DNA from: Candidatus Acidiferrales bacterium | Lineage (GTDB): Bacteria > Acidobacteriota > Terriglobia > Acidiferrales > UBA7541 | Length of the DNA: 64,000 nt | Assembly (NCBI GenBank): GCA_963780315.1 | Contig: CAWABP010000027.1 | Coordinates: 481-64,480, forward strand | Direction: 5' to 3' | Shown: piece after piece, positions 36,127 to 46,099 of the stretch | How positions within the stretch are numbered: position 1 is the first letter of the stretch | Layout of the letters: every line of letters starts with the position of its first letter | Made by a program: the position numbers and the translations under genes | Notes under the pieces: generated by a model | Database searches by the model: none | Seen by the model: the letters and a program-made list of their open reading frames with translations, nothing else | What the model was told of the DNA's origin: nothing

Positions 36127-37014
36127 TCATCGCGCAATCGGAATCGTCTTGCGTCCTTTCACGCTTCCAGCCGCATGATACGACTCCGCATCCGAAGGAA
36201 AGCTCCCGTTTTGCACGTCGGCGCAATACTCCTTCACTGCCTCGAGAATGCTTTGCCCCACATTGGCATATTGCCGCGCGAATTTCGGTGGTTCCCGGAA
36301 GGTCAACCCTAGCATGTCGTGCAGCACCAGGATCTGCCCGTCGCAATCCGGGCCTGCGCCGATTCCAATTGTAGGAATATGGGCGGTACGCGTGATCTCA
36401 GCCGCCAATTCCCGGGGCAGGGCTTCCAGCACGATACTGAACGCACCCGCAGCCTCCACGGCCCGCGCATCGCGCATAATCTGCTCCGCGGCGTCCTGCG
36501 TTTTCCCCTGAACACGATAACCGCCCAGAGCGTTTACCGATTGAGGCGTCAGCCCCACATGTCCCATAACCGGAATTTCCGCCTCTGTCAGACGCGAAAT
36601 CAGCTCCAGGCGCCGCTCGCCGCCCTCGATCTTCACTGCCTCCGCGCCAGCTTCTTTCACAAAGCGCATAGCGTTGCGCAGGGATTCGTTCAAGTCGCCG
36701 TGGTAGGAACCATACGGCATGTCCGCCACCACCAGCGCCCGTTGCACGCCTCGCCGCACTGCCTTGGTGTGATGTAGCGCCTCTTCCAAAGTGAGCGGCA
36801 AGGTGTTCTCGTATCCCAGCACCACCATCGCCACGGAATCGCCCACCAGCACCACTTCCACACCGGCTTCGTCCAGCAGACGCGCCGTTGGATAGTCGTA
36901 TGCCGTCAGGCAGGTAATTTTTTTCTTGTTCAGGGAAACCGCAGCGTCGGACTTTCGCTGCAGCAATTCGGGCACGGTCACTTTCCCGTTGCCCCCATTC
37001 GGGATGGAACTCAT
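36127..37014 (-). CDS. panB: 3-methyl-2-oxobutanoate hydroxymethyltransferase
   Basis: KITCLTAYDYPTARLLDEAGVEVVLVGDSVAMVVLGYENT and VKIEGG blocks. Confidence 0.95.
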   Translation of the reverse strand: MSSIPNGGNGKVTVPELLQRKSDAAVSLNKKKITCLTAYDYPTARLLDEAGVEVVLVGDSVAMVVLGYENTLPLTLEEALHHTKAVRRGVQRALVVADMPYGSYHGDLNESLRNAMRFVKEAGAEAVKIEGGERRLELISRLTEAEIPVMGHVGLTPQSVNALGGYRVQGKTQDAAEQIMRDARAVEAAGAFSIVLEALPRELAAEITRTAHIPTIGIGAGPDCDGQILVLHDMLGLTFREPPKFARQYANVGQSILEAVKEYCADVQNGSFPSDAESYHAAGSVKGRKTIPIAR

Positions 37015-37082
37015 GTCGGCCTCCGGTGCCGCTCCCTGAAATCAGGATGCAGCCCGCTTCCAACGCCCCTACTATAGCAAAA

Positions 37083-37097
37083 TGTGATGCGCATCAC
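37083..37097. promoter_or_regulatory. CRP-type palindrome TGTGA-N6-TCAC upstream of panB
   Basis: TGTGATGCGCATCAC, about 70-83 nt upstream of the panB start. Same GTGA-N6-TCAC architecture as the pair at 21389-21424. Confidence 0.3.
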
Positions 37098-37241
37098 CAA
37101 TAGCGGTGATCCTGGGGAGTGCGTCAGAACCCTGCAATCGCGCTAATCATTAAGATTGCGATAAGTCTGCTTGCCGGAAATGTGCGCTGTCTGCATTGAG
37201 ATTGATTCCGTAAGTGCTGGGGCAAACTGAACTCTGGCCCT

Positions 37242-37538
37242 TTAGTCTCGTGAAAGGCGATTCTTTAAGAGATAGCTCCACATAAACGCTCCCCACATGA
37301 AGCCGGCAACCGACCAGATGGGCAGCCCAATCAAGATAGATAGACACAAGTCTCCGCGAGGTGGTACATGCAACCCCCACTTGTCATACATGTGCCAGGC
37401 GGTGGTAAACAGAAACACGGACATACCCCAGCCGAGAATGCCCGTGTAGAAAATGTAATGTTTTCGGCCCTGCGCCCGAATCTTTTCCAGACGCGCAATT
37501 TGCTTGGGAGACAAGACGGCTGGCTTGAACAAGTTCAT
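37242..37538 (-). CDS. Small hypothetical membrane protein (98 aa)
   Basis: Two or three hydrophobic segments (IFYTGILGWGMSVFLFTTAW, ILIGLPIWSVAGFMWGAFMW). I recognise no homology, so coding status is uncertain. Confidence 0.4.
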   Translation of the reverse strand: MNLFKPAVLSPKQIARLEKIRAQGRKHYIFYTGILGWGMSVFLFTTAWHMYDKWGLHVPPRGDLCLSILIGLPIWSVAGFMWGAFMWSYLLKNRLSRD

Positions 37539-37615
37539 AACACAATCACGAAATCAGAGTCTATCACCACCTGGTTGTGTTGTCGGACAATCAAAAAGCG
37601 ATCCGCCACACAGCC

Positions 37616-38809
37616 CTACGAACGCGCAGCTTTAACCGCTTGCGAGCGGCCCTTCCATTGGCCGCCACGGCCCAACCAATACCTCACTGCGGAAAGCCAC
37701 GTCGCATAGCTGTAGAACGCAGCGGCGGCGGGAAAGAGCGGCGCCCACAGAGGCGAAAGGCGGTAAAACCGTACTGTGGGCAGGTACGTTAGCGCCATCA
37801 GCAGCCACGCCGCCAGTCCCAGGCGCCACACCACGGGTTGCGGGCAAAACGCAAAGACCACTGGCGCAATATACGTGAGAATCATTCCTACTAACGTGCC
37901 GAGAAGCAGCAAAGGTGAGTACTTGAGTTGCGTGAAGGCTGTTCGCGCAATCATGTCTCGAACCTCGCCGAACGTCTGGCACTCACGAAGGCTCACGCTC
38001 TTCCGAGTTAGTCCCATCCACACAGTCCCACCGCTGCGCTTCACGGCGCGCGCCAGCGCACAATCGTCGATTACTTCCGCGCGAATCGCTCCAAATCCGC
38101 CAATGCGTTCCAGCGCAGTGCGCCGCAAGAGAATGCAGCCGCCCGCTGCGCCAGCCGTCCTCGTCTTGGCCTCCGCAGTCCACTTTGGTGGATAGAGCAT
38201 CAGGAAATAATAGAGGAAGGGCGGCATCAGCAACCGCTCTGGAAGCGATTTTGCTTGCAGCAACACCATCAAAGAGGCAAGGTCCAAGTGCTGCTGCTCC
38301 GCACGGGATACCAACCTGGCCAGGGTATCCGGCTCATGAACGATGTCGGCGTCGGTGAACCAGTAATACTCAGGCGAATCCTGCTGATTGGTTTCCATTT
38401 CTTGTTGCAGTGCCCAGAGCTTTCCGGTCCAGCCAGTTTGCAACGCCGCTGCCCGCAAAATCTCCACGCGATCTGATGCACCCGCCTCAACTGCTGCCGC
38501 CTTCGCCAAATCAGAGGTACCATCTTCGCTCTGGTCATCCACCACCACGATGCGCAATGAGCCTGGATATTGTTGCTTTGCAAGCGAGGCCACCGTCCGC
38601 GCGATTGTTTCCGCTTCGTTGCGTGCCGGCATAACGCACACCACGCGCGGCCACGCAGTTGGCGCGGGGTGCGGCGCAATGTCGTCGTCAAATGCGCGAA
38701 GTTGCCAGAAACCTCCGCGGAAGAAAGTCAGGACAACCCAGACGAGCAGAGTGAGAGCGGCGAGGATCAGGGCGGCTGTGGGCACGCCCGATTCTGTCGC
38801 GAAATGCAC
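37616..38809 (-). CDS. Family 2 glycosyltransferase, membrane-anchored (HpnB-like)
   Basis: PRVVCVMPARNEAETIARTVASLAKQQYPGSLRIVVVDDQSEDGT and GWTGKLWALQQ resemble hopanoid-associated HpnB-type GT2 enzymes. Several C-terminal TM helices. Confidence 0.65.
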   Translation of the reverse strand: MHFATESGVPTAALILAALTLLVWVVLTFFRGGFWQLRAFDDDIAPHPAPTAWPRVVCVMPARNEAETIARTVASLAKQQYPGSLRIVVVDDQSEDGTSDLAKAAAVEAGASDRVEILRAAALQTGWTGKLWALQQEMETNQQDSPEYYWFTDADIVHEPDTLARLVSRAEQQHLDLASLMVLLQAKSLPERLLMPPFLYYFLMLYPPKWTAEAKTRTAGAAGGCILLRRTALERIGGFGAIRAEVIDDCALARAVKRSGGTVWMGLTRKSVSLRECQTFGEVRDMIARTAFTQLKYSPLLLLGTLVGMILTYIAPVVFAFCPQPVVWRLGLAAWLLMALTYLPTVRFYRLSPLWAPLFPAAAAFYSYATWLSAVRYWLGRGGQWKGRSQAVKAARS

Positions 38810-38817
38810 CCTTGTGG

Positions 38818-41034
38818 CTAGGCGAGATTTTCCGGGCGAATGGGCAGACGCCGCAGACGCTTTCCGTTTGCCGAAAAAATGGCATTGCAGATCGCCGGCG
38901 CAATCACCGGAACCGTTGGCTCTCCGATACCGGTTGGCTTTTCGTCGCTGGGCACAAGGTAGACTTCGATCGGCGGAGCCTCGTTCATGCGGATCAGGTC
39001 ATAATCATTGAAATTCGATTGAACCACGCGCCCTTGTTCGACGGTGATAGCGTCCTTGACGGTTGCGGTTAATCCGTAAATGGCGGCGCTCTCTACCTGC
39101 GCGCGAATTCCATTTGGATTTACAGGACGCCCACAATCAACAGCGCACACAAACCGCTTCACTCTGATTTCCTGCGAATTAGCGGAAACCTCGGCAACCG
39201 CGGCCACATACGAATCGAAAGAATAAAACGCAGCGATCCCCCGCCCTTCCCCTTTCGGAAGAGGCGTGCCCCAGCCCGATTTCTCGCCTGCGAGTTGCAG
39301 GACGCTTTTGAGACGGGCTGTGTCGAGCGGAGGCGAGTCTGGTTCACTACCGAACTGCGGAATTTTTCGCGCGTTCCCAAGGAGGAGCAATCTAAATGCC
39401 AGCGGGTCTTGTTCCGCGGCATGTGCGAGTTCATCGATAAAACTCTCTGTCACAAAGCCACTGCTGGAATGCTCAACGGAACGCCACCAGGCGCGCGGGG
39501 CACTTGAATCCGCAAGCGTGTACTCGATGCGGATATTGGGAGTGACATAAGGAATTGTTGAACCAGTGCCGAATTCGCCGTCTTCGGGCCGTTGGCTCCC
39601 GGTCTGCCGCCATTTTGCCGCAATCGACGTTGAAGTCTGGAAATGTTTCCACGCTGCGAGCTTTCCGTGGTTGTCCAGAGCGCCCTGCATTCTGTGGTAG
39701 GAAGCGGGGCGATAGAAATCATGCTGCATGTCGTCTTCTCGCGTCCAGAGCACCATGATCGGCTTGCCGGTTGCCTTCGCCACCTGCGCCGCCTCCATCA
39801 CGAAATCTGCCTGGTAACGACGGCCAAATCCCCCGCCGAGCAGCGTCGTGTGCACGGTAACCTTCTCGGGGGGAAGTTTGGCAATCTCTGCGATTACGCT
39901 TTGCGCCCATTGCGGAGCTTGCGTCGGCACCCAGGCTTCCGCATGATCATCGTGAATTTGTACCGTGCAGTTCATGGGTTCCATGCAGACATGCGCAGCA
40001 AACGGAAGCTCGTACGCGGCCTCGACCTTCTTGGATGTCGCGGCAAGCACGGAATTCGCGTCACCCTCGTTGCGCACAACCTTTCCCGGTTTTGCCGCGT
40101 TCTGAGTGAATTGTTTTCTTAATTCGTCGGTAGATTCGCTAGCGGCGGCTCCCTCCTCCCACTTTACTTCGAGAGCGCGGCGGCCCTCCTGGGCTGCCCA
40201 GGAATTATCCGCGATCACCGCGACACCGCCTGTCGTGGAAGCGCCCCGGCCATTGGTTGCAATCTGCACGACATCACGCACTCCTGGCACGGCCTTTGCT
40301 TTGGTCGAGTCAAACGAAGCCACTTTCCCATAAAAAACAGGGCAACGTGCAATCACGGCATACAGCATGCCCGGCACTCGCGAATCGATTCCGAACTTCG
40401 CGGAACCATTCGTCTTGGAGGCGCAATCAACGCGATGAACCTCGCGGCCAACCACCGTAAAGTCGTGCGAGTTTTTTAGAGGCACTTTGCTGAGATCCGG
40501 AATGGGGACCTTCGAGGCATCAGCGACCAGGTCGCCGTAACCCAAAGAGCGTTCGGGATGGCCGTGGAGTATGTAACCGTTTTGCGCCTTGCACGTCTCC
40601 CGCGTGACCTCCCATTTGTTCGCTGCTGCAGAAATAAGCATTTCACGCGCCGCCGCTCCCGCCTGCCGCAGTGGCAGCCATGACTCCGCCACGCTTCCGC
40701 TGCCCCCGGTCCCCAAATCATAAATTTTGGGATCAGTTTCTGCTTGCTCAACGCTCACTTGTTTCCAGTCAACGCAAAGTTCTTCCGCGAGAATCATGGG
40801 CAGCGAGGTCATCACGCCTTGCCCCATTTCTGACTTGTCGAGAATGAGAGTGACGTGATTGTCCGGCGTGATGCGTACCCAGGCGTTGAATGGATTGACT
40901 GGCTGCTTCTCTTGAGATTGCGCGGGATCAGTACTTGCGCGCGCGGACATGCGGAATCCTACAAGCAAGGCGGCTGAGGCAACCGTGGAAGTTTTCAGGA
41001 ATTCGCGACGATCGAGGAGCGAAATCGGTCTCAT
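38818..41034 (-). CDS. Molybdopterin-binding oxidoreductase large subunit (IorB / aldehyde oxidase-xanthine dehydrogenase family), Tat-exported
   Basis: Twin-arginine leader (DRREFLKTSTVASAALLVG). Size and blocks are typical of isoquinoline 1-oxidoreductase beta-type subunits. Paired with a 2Fe-2S subunit upstream. Confidence 0.85.
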   Translation of the reverse strand: MRPISLLDRREFLKTSTVASAALLVGFRMSARASTDPAQSQEKQPVNPFNAWVRITPDNHVTLILDKSEMGQGVMTSLPMILAEELCVDWKQVSVEQAETDPKIYDLGTGGSGSVAESWLPLRQAGAAAREMLISAAANKWEVTRETCKAQNGYILHGHPERSLGYGDLVADASKVPIPDLSKVPLKNSHDFTVVGREVHRVDCASKTNGSAKFGIDSRVPGMLYAVIARCPVFYGKVASFDSTKAKAVPGVRDVVQIATNGRGASTTGGVAVIADNSWAAQEGRRALEVKWEEGAAASESTDELRKQFTQNAAKPGKVVRNEGDANSVLAATSKKVEAAYELPFAAHVCMEPMNCTVQIHDDHAEAWVPTQAPQWAQSVIAEIAKLPPEKVTVHTTLLGGGFGRRYQADFVMEAAQVAKATGKPIMVLWTREDDMQHDFYRPASYHRMQGALDNHGKLAAWKHFQTSTSIAAKWRQTGSQRPEDGEFGTGSTIPYVTPNIRIEYTLADSSAPRAWWRSVEHSSSGFVTESFIDELAHAAEQDPLAFRLLLLGNARKIPQFGSEPDSPPLDTARLKSVLQLAGEKSGWGTPLPKGEGRGIAAFYSFDSYVAAVAEVSANSQEIRVKRFVCAVDCGRPVNPNGIRAQVESAAIYGLTATVKDAITVEQGRVVQSNFNDYDLIRMNEAPPIEVYLVPSDEKPTGIGEPTVPVIAPAICNAIFSANGKRLRRLPIRPENLA

Positions 41035-41087
41035 GGTGAACCTCACTGCGAATTGCACGGCGGGGAGGGAGAGCCGTGGGAACGGAG

Positions 41088-41552
41088 CTATTTTGCTGCC
41101 GACAGAGAAGCTGCGCGGTGAATGGCTTTGCGTATGCGCTGATACGTGCCGCAGCGACAGAGGTTGCCGCTCATGGCATCGTCAATTTCTACATCGGTGG
41201 GGTTCGGTTTCTTGGCCAACAATGCCACGGCAGACATAATTTGCCCCGATTGGCAGTAGCCGCACTGCGGTACATCTTCTTCGATCCACGCTTTTTGAAC
41301 GGGATGTGAACCATCGGCGGAAAGGCCCTCAATCGTGGTGATCTTCTTCCCTTCGATGCTGGAGACAGGCAGGATACAGGAGCGCGAAGCTTCGCCGTTG
41401 ATATGCACAGTGCAGGCACCGCACAGTGCCATGCCGCAACCAAACTTCGTGCCGGTCATATTCAGCGTGTCGCGCAGTACCCACAGAAGAGGCATCTGCG
41501 GATCCACGTTGACGGTGGTGGCTTTTCCATTCAGCGTAAACGAAATGGGCAT
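41088..41552 (-). CDS. (2Fe-2S)-binding small subunit (IorA-like)
   Basis: Two cluster motifs: [12 protein letters not shown] and [18 protein letters not shown]. Confidence 0.9.
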   Translation of the reverse strand: MPISFTLNGKATTVNVDPQMPLLWVLRDTLNMTGTKFGCGMALCGACTVHINGEASRSCILPVSSIEGKKITTIEGLSADGSHPVQKAWIEEDVPQCGYCQSGQIMSAVALLAKKPNPTDVEIDDAMSGNLCRCGTYQRIRKAIHRAASLSAAK

Positions 41553-41708
41553 AAGTCCCTCCTTCGGCGCGCCCGATATCGTACACCAATTCCCCGCATG
41601 GATGGAAATGTAAGTATTTTCGCCGTAAGAAAAATTCTGGCCCTGCCGGCTTTGGTTGCGCTATAAGAAAGTGCGAGCAAGCGTTACGCTGCTCAGGAAA
41701 CGACCCTA

Positions 41709-42401
41709 ATGTTCATCGGCCATTTTGCTGGGGGGTTCGTCGCCAAGAAATTCGCGCCGCGCACCTCTCTGGCAATACTCCTCGCTGCGCCTCTGCTCAG
41801 CGACATTCTGTGGCCGCCGTTTCTGCTGATGGGATGGGAGCGGGTGCGCATCGATCCGGGGAACACAAAATTCACGCCGCTGGAACTGGAGTATTTCCCG
41901 TGGTCGCACAGTTTGCTGATGTGTTTCGTGTGGGCCACATCGTTTGCGTTGGTCTATCACCGCATCACGCACTACCGGCCCGGAACTATTGCCGTATGGC
42001 TCGGCGTGTTGAGCCACTGGCTGCTGGACTGGATCACCCATCGCCCGGATATGACGCTGATTCCAGGCGGTGCGCGCTACGGGCTGGGGTTGTGGAACTC
42101 CATCCCAGGGACCATGGTGGTGGAGATTACGATGTTTGCCGGTGGCGTGCTGCTCTATCTGCGGGCGACGCGAGCGGAAGATCGGACCGGGCGGTATGCT
42201 TCCGCCGCATACGTGCTGGTGCTCTTCGCGTTGTACATCGGTGACCGCTTTGATGGAGAGCCGCCCACCGTTAAGGAACTCATCTGGTCCGGAATCATCG
42301 CTGAAATGGTCCTGCTAGCCTGGGCGTGGTGGTTCGATCGCCACCGGGAGCCAATCCAACAAGCAATCTCCGCAGAAGGTAGAGTTCGCACAGCTCTTTG
42401 A
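41709..42401 (+). CDS. Integral membrane protein, YdjM/DUF457-like putative metal-dependent hydrolase
   Basis: MFIGHFAGGF.. start and conserved His-containing loops (WSHSLL, LSHWLLDWITHRPD). Multiple TM helices. Confidence 0.5.
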   Translation: MFIGHFAGGFVAKKFAPRTSLAILLAAPLLSDILWPPFLLMGWERVRIDPGNTKFTPLELEYFPWSHSLLMCFVWATSFALVYHRITHYRPGTIAVWLGVLSHWLLDWITHRPDMTLIPGGARYGLGLWNSIPGTMVVEITMFAGGVLLYLRATRAEDRTGRYASAAYVLVLFALYIGDRFDGEPPTVKELIWSGIIAEMVLLAWAWWFDRHREPIQQAISAEGRVRTAL

Positions 42402-42414
42402 TTGAGCAACGCAA

Positions 42415-42858
42415 TTATTCGGTGATGATTCGGTCGGCCCACTCGACGAGGCCGACAAAGATAGCAGGGCTTCCGAATTTGGCTCCCCACTGTGTCAGAT
42501 CGTTTTCCGTGACCCCACGGGCCCGGCTGCAGACTCCGCAAGAAAAAATGGGGATATGTTTAGCGGCGATTTTTTCGAGGGCCTCATTGAGAGGTGGCCA
42601 GCCAACAGGAACGACAGCGCTGGCCGTAGCTTTACGCATCAAGTAGGTGGCCTCGCCAAGAAGGAAGATCTGGACCTCGTGGCCGGCTTCCGCCAAGGCC
42701 AGGCCGTGGTGGAACGGAAAAGCCGCTTTGGTGGGGTCGTCGGATCCCCAGGCACTTTTCATCATGATCTTGAGAGTTCTTTTGGGATCCTCGGCCTTGA
42801 AACCGAAAGAGAGGAACGGAAGGCCCATTAGCTGAGCGAGGAATTGTCGGCGCGCCAT
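42415..42858 (-). CDS. DsrE/DsrF-like family protein with a Tat-like leader
   Basis: MARRQFLAQLMGLPFL leader. Core ..DPTKAAFPFHHGLALAEAGHEVQIFLLGEA..FSCGVCSRARG resembles the DsrE fold. Confidence 0.6.
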   Translation of the reverse strand: MARRQFLAQLMGLPFLSFGFKAEDPKRTLKIMMKSAWGSDDPTKAAFPFHHGLALAEAGHEVQIFLLGEATYLMRKATASAVVPVGWPPLNEALEKIAAKHIPIFSCGVCSRARGVTENDLTQWGAKFGSPAIFVGLVEWADRIITE

Positions 42859-42924
42859 GGTTTGCCTCCTGAAACGGGAAGGGTCCAGAGAATGGCGGGG
42901 ATGCTACTCATTGACGAGGCCCGT

Positions 42925-42949
42925 GTCCAGCGAAATCTGAAGGCTGGAC
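42925..42949 (-). terminator. Hairpin downstream of ruvB (no U-tract)
   Basis: GTCCAGC-N11-GCTGGAC, a perfect 7-bp stem about 40 nt after the ruvB stop. It lacks a T-run, so the call is weak. Confidence 0.25.
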
Positions 42950-42990
42950 AAGAGACTTTCAGCAGAGAGAACGCAGAGAGACGAAAAATA

Positions 42991-44025
42991 TCAGAACAGG
43001 CGGGGCTGGCGCTTGGGGAGATCACGGTTGAAATATTGATAAGCGCGAGGAGTGGCGACGCGGCCGCGCGGCGTACGATCCAGCATGCCGATCTGCATGA
43101 GATAGGGCTCATACATTTCCTCGATGGCGTCTTCTTCCTCACTGAGGGCGGCGGCGAGCGTACCGAGGCCGACGGGGCCGCCATTGTATTTATCCAGAAT
43201 CGCAAGGAGTAGATTGCGGTCTACCTCGTCGAGGCCGTGTTCATCCACGCCGAGCATGCGCAACGAATCCAGAGCAACCTCGCGGGTGATGCGTCCATCG
43301 GCGCGAACTTCGGCAAAATCGCGGGCACGACGGAGAAGGCGATTGGCGACGCGCGGCGTACCCCGGCAGCGGCCGGCAATTTCTTCTGCACCGGCTTCAT
43401 CCATCTGGATATTCAGGATTTTGGCGGAGCGGTGAAGAATTATGAGCAGATCTGCGGGCGTATAGAAATCGAGGCGATGAACGATGCCGAAGCGGGAACG
43501 CAGAGGCGCGGTGATGAGTCCGGCCCGGGTGGTGGCCCCGATAAGCGTGAAATGGTTTAGATGGAAAGGATGAATGCGCGCGCCGGGGCCCTGCCCGATG
43601 ACGAGGTCCACGCGAAAATCCTCCATGGCAGGATAGAGAACTTCTTCGACGGCGGCTTGTAGGCGGTGGATTTCGTCAAGGAAGAAGACTTCCTTTTTTT
43701 CGAGGGCGGTCAGGATCGCAGTGAGGTCGCCCTTTCGCTCGAGGAGCGGGCCGGCGCTGGTCTTAATGGGAACGTTGAGTTCGTTAGCAATGATTTGGGC
43801 GAGAGTGGTTTTGCCGAGGCCGGGAGGGCCATAGAGGAGAACGTGATCGAGGGCTTCGCCGCGGGTGCGGGCCGCCTCGATGGCGATCGAAATATTTTCC
43901 TTAACGCGTTTCTGGCCGATGTATTCATCGAGTCGCTTGGGGCGGACACTAGCGTCGAGGCGAGCGTCGTCGTCGAGCGGGGTGCCGGAGACGATGCGAG
44001 GGTTCTTAGGTGGGATGGTGGGCAT
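42991..44025 (-). CDS. ruvB: Holliday junction branch-migration helicase RuvB
   Basis: Walker [20 protein letters not shown], and overall RuvB collinearity. Confidence 0.97.
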   Translation of the reverse strand: MPTIPPKNPRIVSGTPLDDDARLDASVRPKRLDEYIGQKRVKENISIAIEAARTRGEALDHVLLYGPPGLGKTTLAQIIANELNVPIKTSAGPLLERKGDLTAILTALEKKEVFFLDEIHRLQAAVEEVLYPAMEDFRVDLVIGQGPGARIHPFHLNHFTLIGATTRAGLITAPLRSRFGIVHRLDFYTPADLLIILHRSAKILNIQMDEAGAEEIAGRCRGTPRVANRLLRRARDFAEVRADGRITREVALDSLRMLGVDEHGLDEVDRNLLLAILDKYNGGPVGLGTLAAALSEEEDAIEEMYEPYLMQIGMLDRTPRGRVATPRAYQYFNRDLPKRQPRLF

Positions 44026-44160
44026 GAGATTAGAAGCGATCAGTGACCGGTGACCAGCGACCAGGAAGCAAGAACATAGCTCGCGTCATCGACTGCCAGC
44101 TCTCCCTCGGCCGGCCAGTGACCCGCAGTCCATGTCCCTCATCGCATGTTTCTCTCACAC

Positions 44161-44766
44161 TCATCTGGTCTGCGCGCCGCTTAACGCTGACAGAGTAACA
44201 CGGAGAAGTTGTTCGAAGCCGGTGGCGCCAAATTGACGGCGGGCTTCGCCGACGGCGGCTTCGGCCGTACGTTCGTCGTAGCCAAGATTGACGAGTGCGG
44301 ACTTGACGTCGGCCTCGACTCCGGCGGGGGAAGCCGGGGCGGGCTTCTCGGATTCGATGGTTACGGTTTCGAGCTTGTCCTTGAGCTCGACGACCATGCG
44401 TTCGGCGGTTTTGCGGCCAACGCCTGGAATCTTCGTAAGACGGGCGAGATCACCGCCGCGAATTGCAGGCACAAGTTCTTCCACGTTCATGCCAGAGAGG
44501 ATCTTTAGGGCAAGGGTGGGGCCGACACCGGAGGCGCCGAGAAGCAACTCAAAGAGATGCTTTTCACGGGCAGAGAGGAAACCGTAGAGAGAGAGCGCAT
44601 CTTCACGGACGTGGGTGTGGATAAGGAGAGTGACTTCGGCGTGGAGTTCGCCGAGAGCGGCGAAGGTGGAAAGAGGCACGGCGACCAGATAGCCGACACC
44701 GGCGACGTCGAGGATAACCTGGTTGGGCCGTTTTTCCAGAAGGCGGCCACGCAATAGTCCAATCAT
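44161..44766 (-). CDS. ruvA: Holliday junction DNA-binding protein RuvA
   Basis: MIGLLRGRLLEK..VILDVAGVGY start and HhH motifs (GVGPTLALKILSG, IPGVGRKTAERM). Confidence 0.95.
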   Translation of the reverse strand: MIGLLRGRLLEKRPNQVILDVAGVGYLVAVPLSTFAALGELHAEVTLLIHTHVREDALSLYGFLSAREKHLFELLLGASGVGPTLALKILSGMNVEELVPAIRGGDLARLTKIPGVGRKTAERMVVELKDKLETVTIESEKPAPASPAGVEADVKSALVNLGYDERTAEAAVGEARRQFGATGFEQLLRVTLSALSGAQTR

Positions 44767-44813
44767 CGTAGTCGAGTATTGCCGTGAGAGAGGCGGCTGT
44801 CAACGTGGGGTAA

Positions 44814-45317
44814 TCAGGACGCGGCAGGTTTCCACTTGTTCAGGAACGCGAGGATGTCGGAAACGGGAAGGGAACGGGCGGCCTCGAACTCGCCATTTTT
44901 TTGGCTGAACAGGAGTTTGCCAGCGGAATCGAGAACAGCAATGGCCGGAATGCCGCGCTTGAGAGGCACATCGTACTTTTGGGCAAGATCGAGATTCTTG
45001 TTGCCCTGGCCGATGTCAACGTGGACGACCAGGAAATACTTTTGGAGAGTCGGAGAGATTTGGGGGCTGTGGAAGTATTCGTCCAAGGCGTGGCAATCGA
45101 AACACCAGTTAGCACCGAAGACGACAAGAACACGTTTATGCGCGAGGGATGCGGAATGGATAGTCTCGTCGATCTCCTTTTTGGCGTCGGCGGAAGCGGG
45201 GTAGAGATCTGTTTCGTGAAGAGTTTGAGGCAGGGCCTCAGAGCCAGAGAGTGCGGTTAGGGGTAGAGCCAATGGATGGAAGCCGAGCAGGAGAAGCGCG
45301 AGTGAAAGAGTGTTCAT
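44814..45317 (-). CDS. Secreted thioredoxin-fold protein (WCxxC)
   Basis: Signal peptide, then VVFGANWCFDCHALDEYF (CxxC in a thioredoxin-like context). Confidence 0.7.
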   Translation of the reverse strand: MNTLSLALLLLGFHPLALPLTALSGSEALPQTLHETDLYPASADAKKEIDETIHSASLAHKRVLVVFGANWCFDCHALDEYFHSPQISPTLQKYFLVVHVDIGQGNKNLDLAQKYDVPLKRGIPAIAVLDSAGKLLFSQKNGEFEAARSLPVSDILAFLNKWKPAAS

Positions 45318-45351
45318 AAGAAACCAGTATCGGAGACGCGATTTGCGGGTG

Positions 45352-45837
45352 TCAATGAGAAGGAGGGAATGGCAAAGCCCCAGTCAATGGAGAGGCAATT
45401 GGACGAGGCGATTCGGCGAGGATGCTGACGTTCTGAATACCGGACATTTGAATTTGTGGTAGGAGCGCGTTGACATCGCCGCATAGGGCGCGGGCATCGA
45501 TTTCAAGATAGATTCTCTTCTCGGCACCGTTGTGAACTGCGTCGCGAATCATGTCGGGCAAGTCACCCGGCCCCGTTTTCGAGGCACCGAAGTAAGTTGC
45601 CCCATCGCGCAAAACAGTAATTTTGATGGCGTCTTCGCGGATAGCGCCGGACAGCTTGTGAATATGACGGCCGATTACGCGGTCAACAATCACGTCATGA
45701 TGCGGGTAGGGAATGACCATGAAGATTACGAGTAAGGGGAAGAAAACTATAATGGCGACCAAGGGAAGATCGATCCGGCAATAGAGATCATTGCGGCGGT
45801 TGGCGGATTTAAGGAAGCCTTTGCGAAGGAACGCCAT
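45352..45837 (-). CDS. exbD: Biopolymer transport protein ExbD/TolR
   Basis: A single N-terminal TM (LPLVAIIVFFPLLVIFMV) followed by an ExbD-type periplasmic domain (ITVLRDGATYFG..RIYLEIDARALCGDV). Confidence 0.8.
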   Translation of the reverse strand: MAFLRKGFLKSANRRNDLYCRIDLPLVAIIVFFPLLVIFMVIPYPHHDVIVDRVIGRHIHKLSGAIREDAIKITVLRDGATYFGASKTGPGDLPDMIRDAVHNGAEKRIYLEIDARALCGDVNALLPQIQMSGIQNVSILAESPRPIASPLTGALPFPPSH

Positions 45838-46099
45838 GTACGTTCACTAACTTGCGGGGGTCTCATTTCATTAGACACCAGCTGGGCCTCGCATGTGCCA
45901 CAAAGCGCGGGTGGCTTGCGTGATTGGTGGCCTCAAGGAGGGGGGAGCGGACGAAAGGGGCGGATGTTCGCTAAGCCGGTTGACGCCAATTTTGGGGCGA
46001 TTAGTATAAGGCACGCGATCGGGGTGAGCAGGTTACGTGGGAAATCGAGAACAAAATTTGCTAGCAGGCGCGCATTCGCCATGCCGGGTAGGCGCGCAG

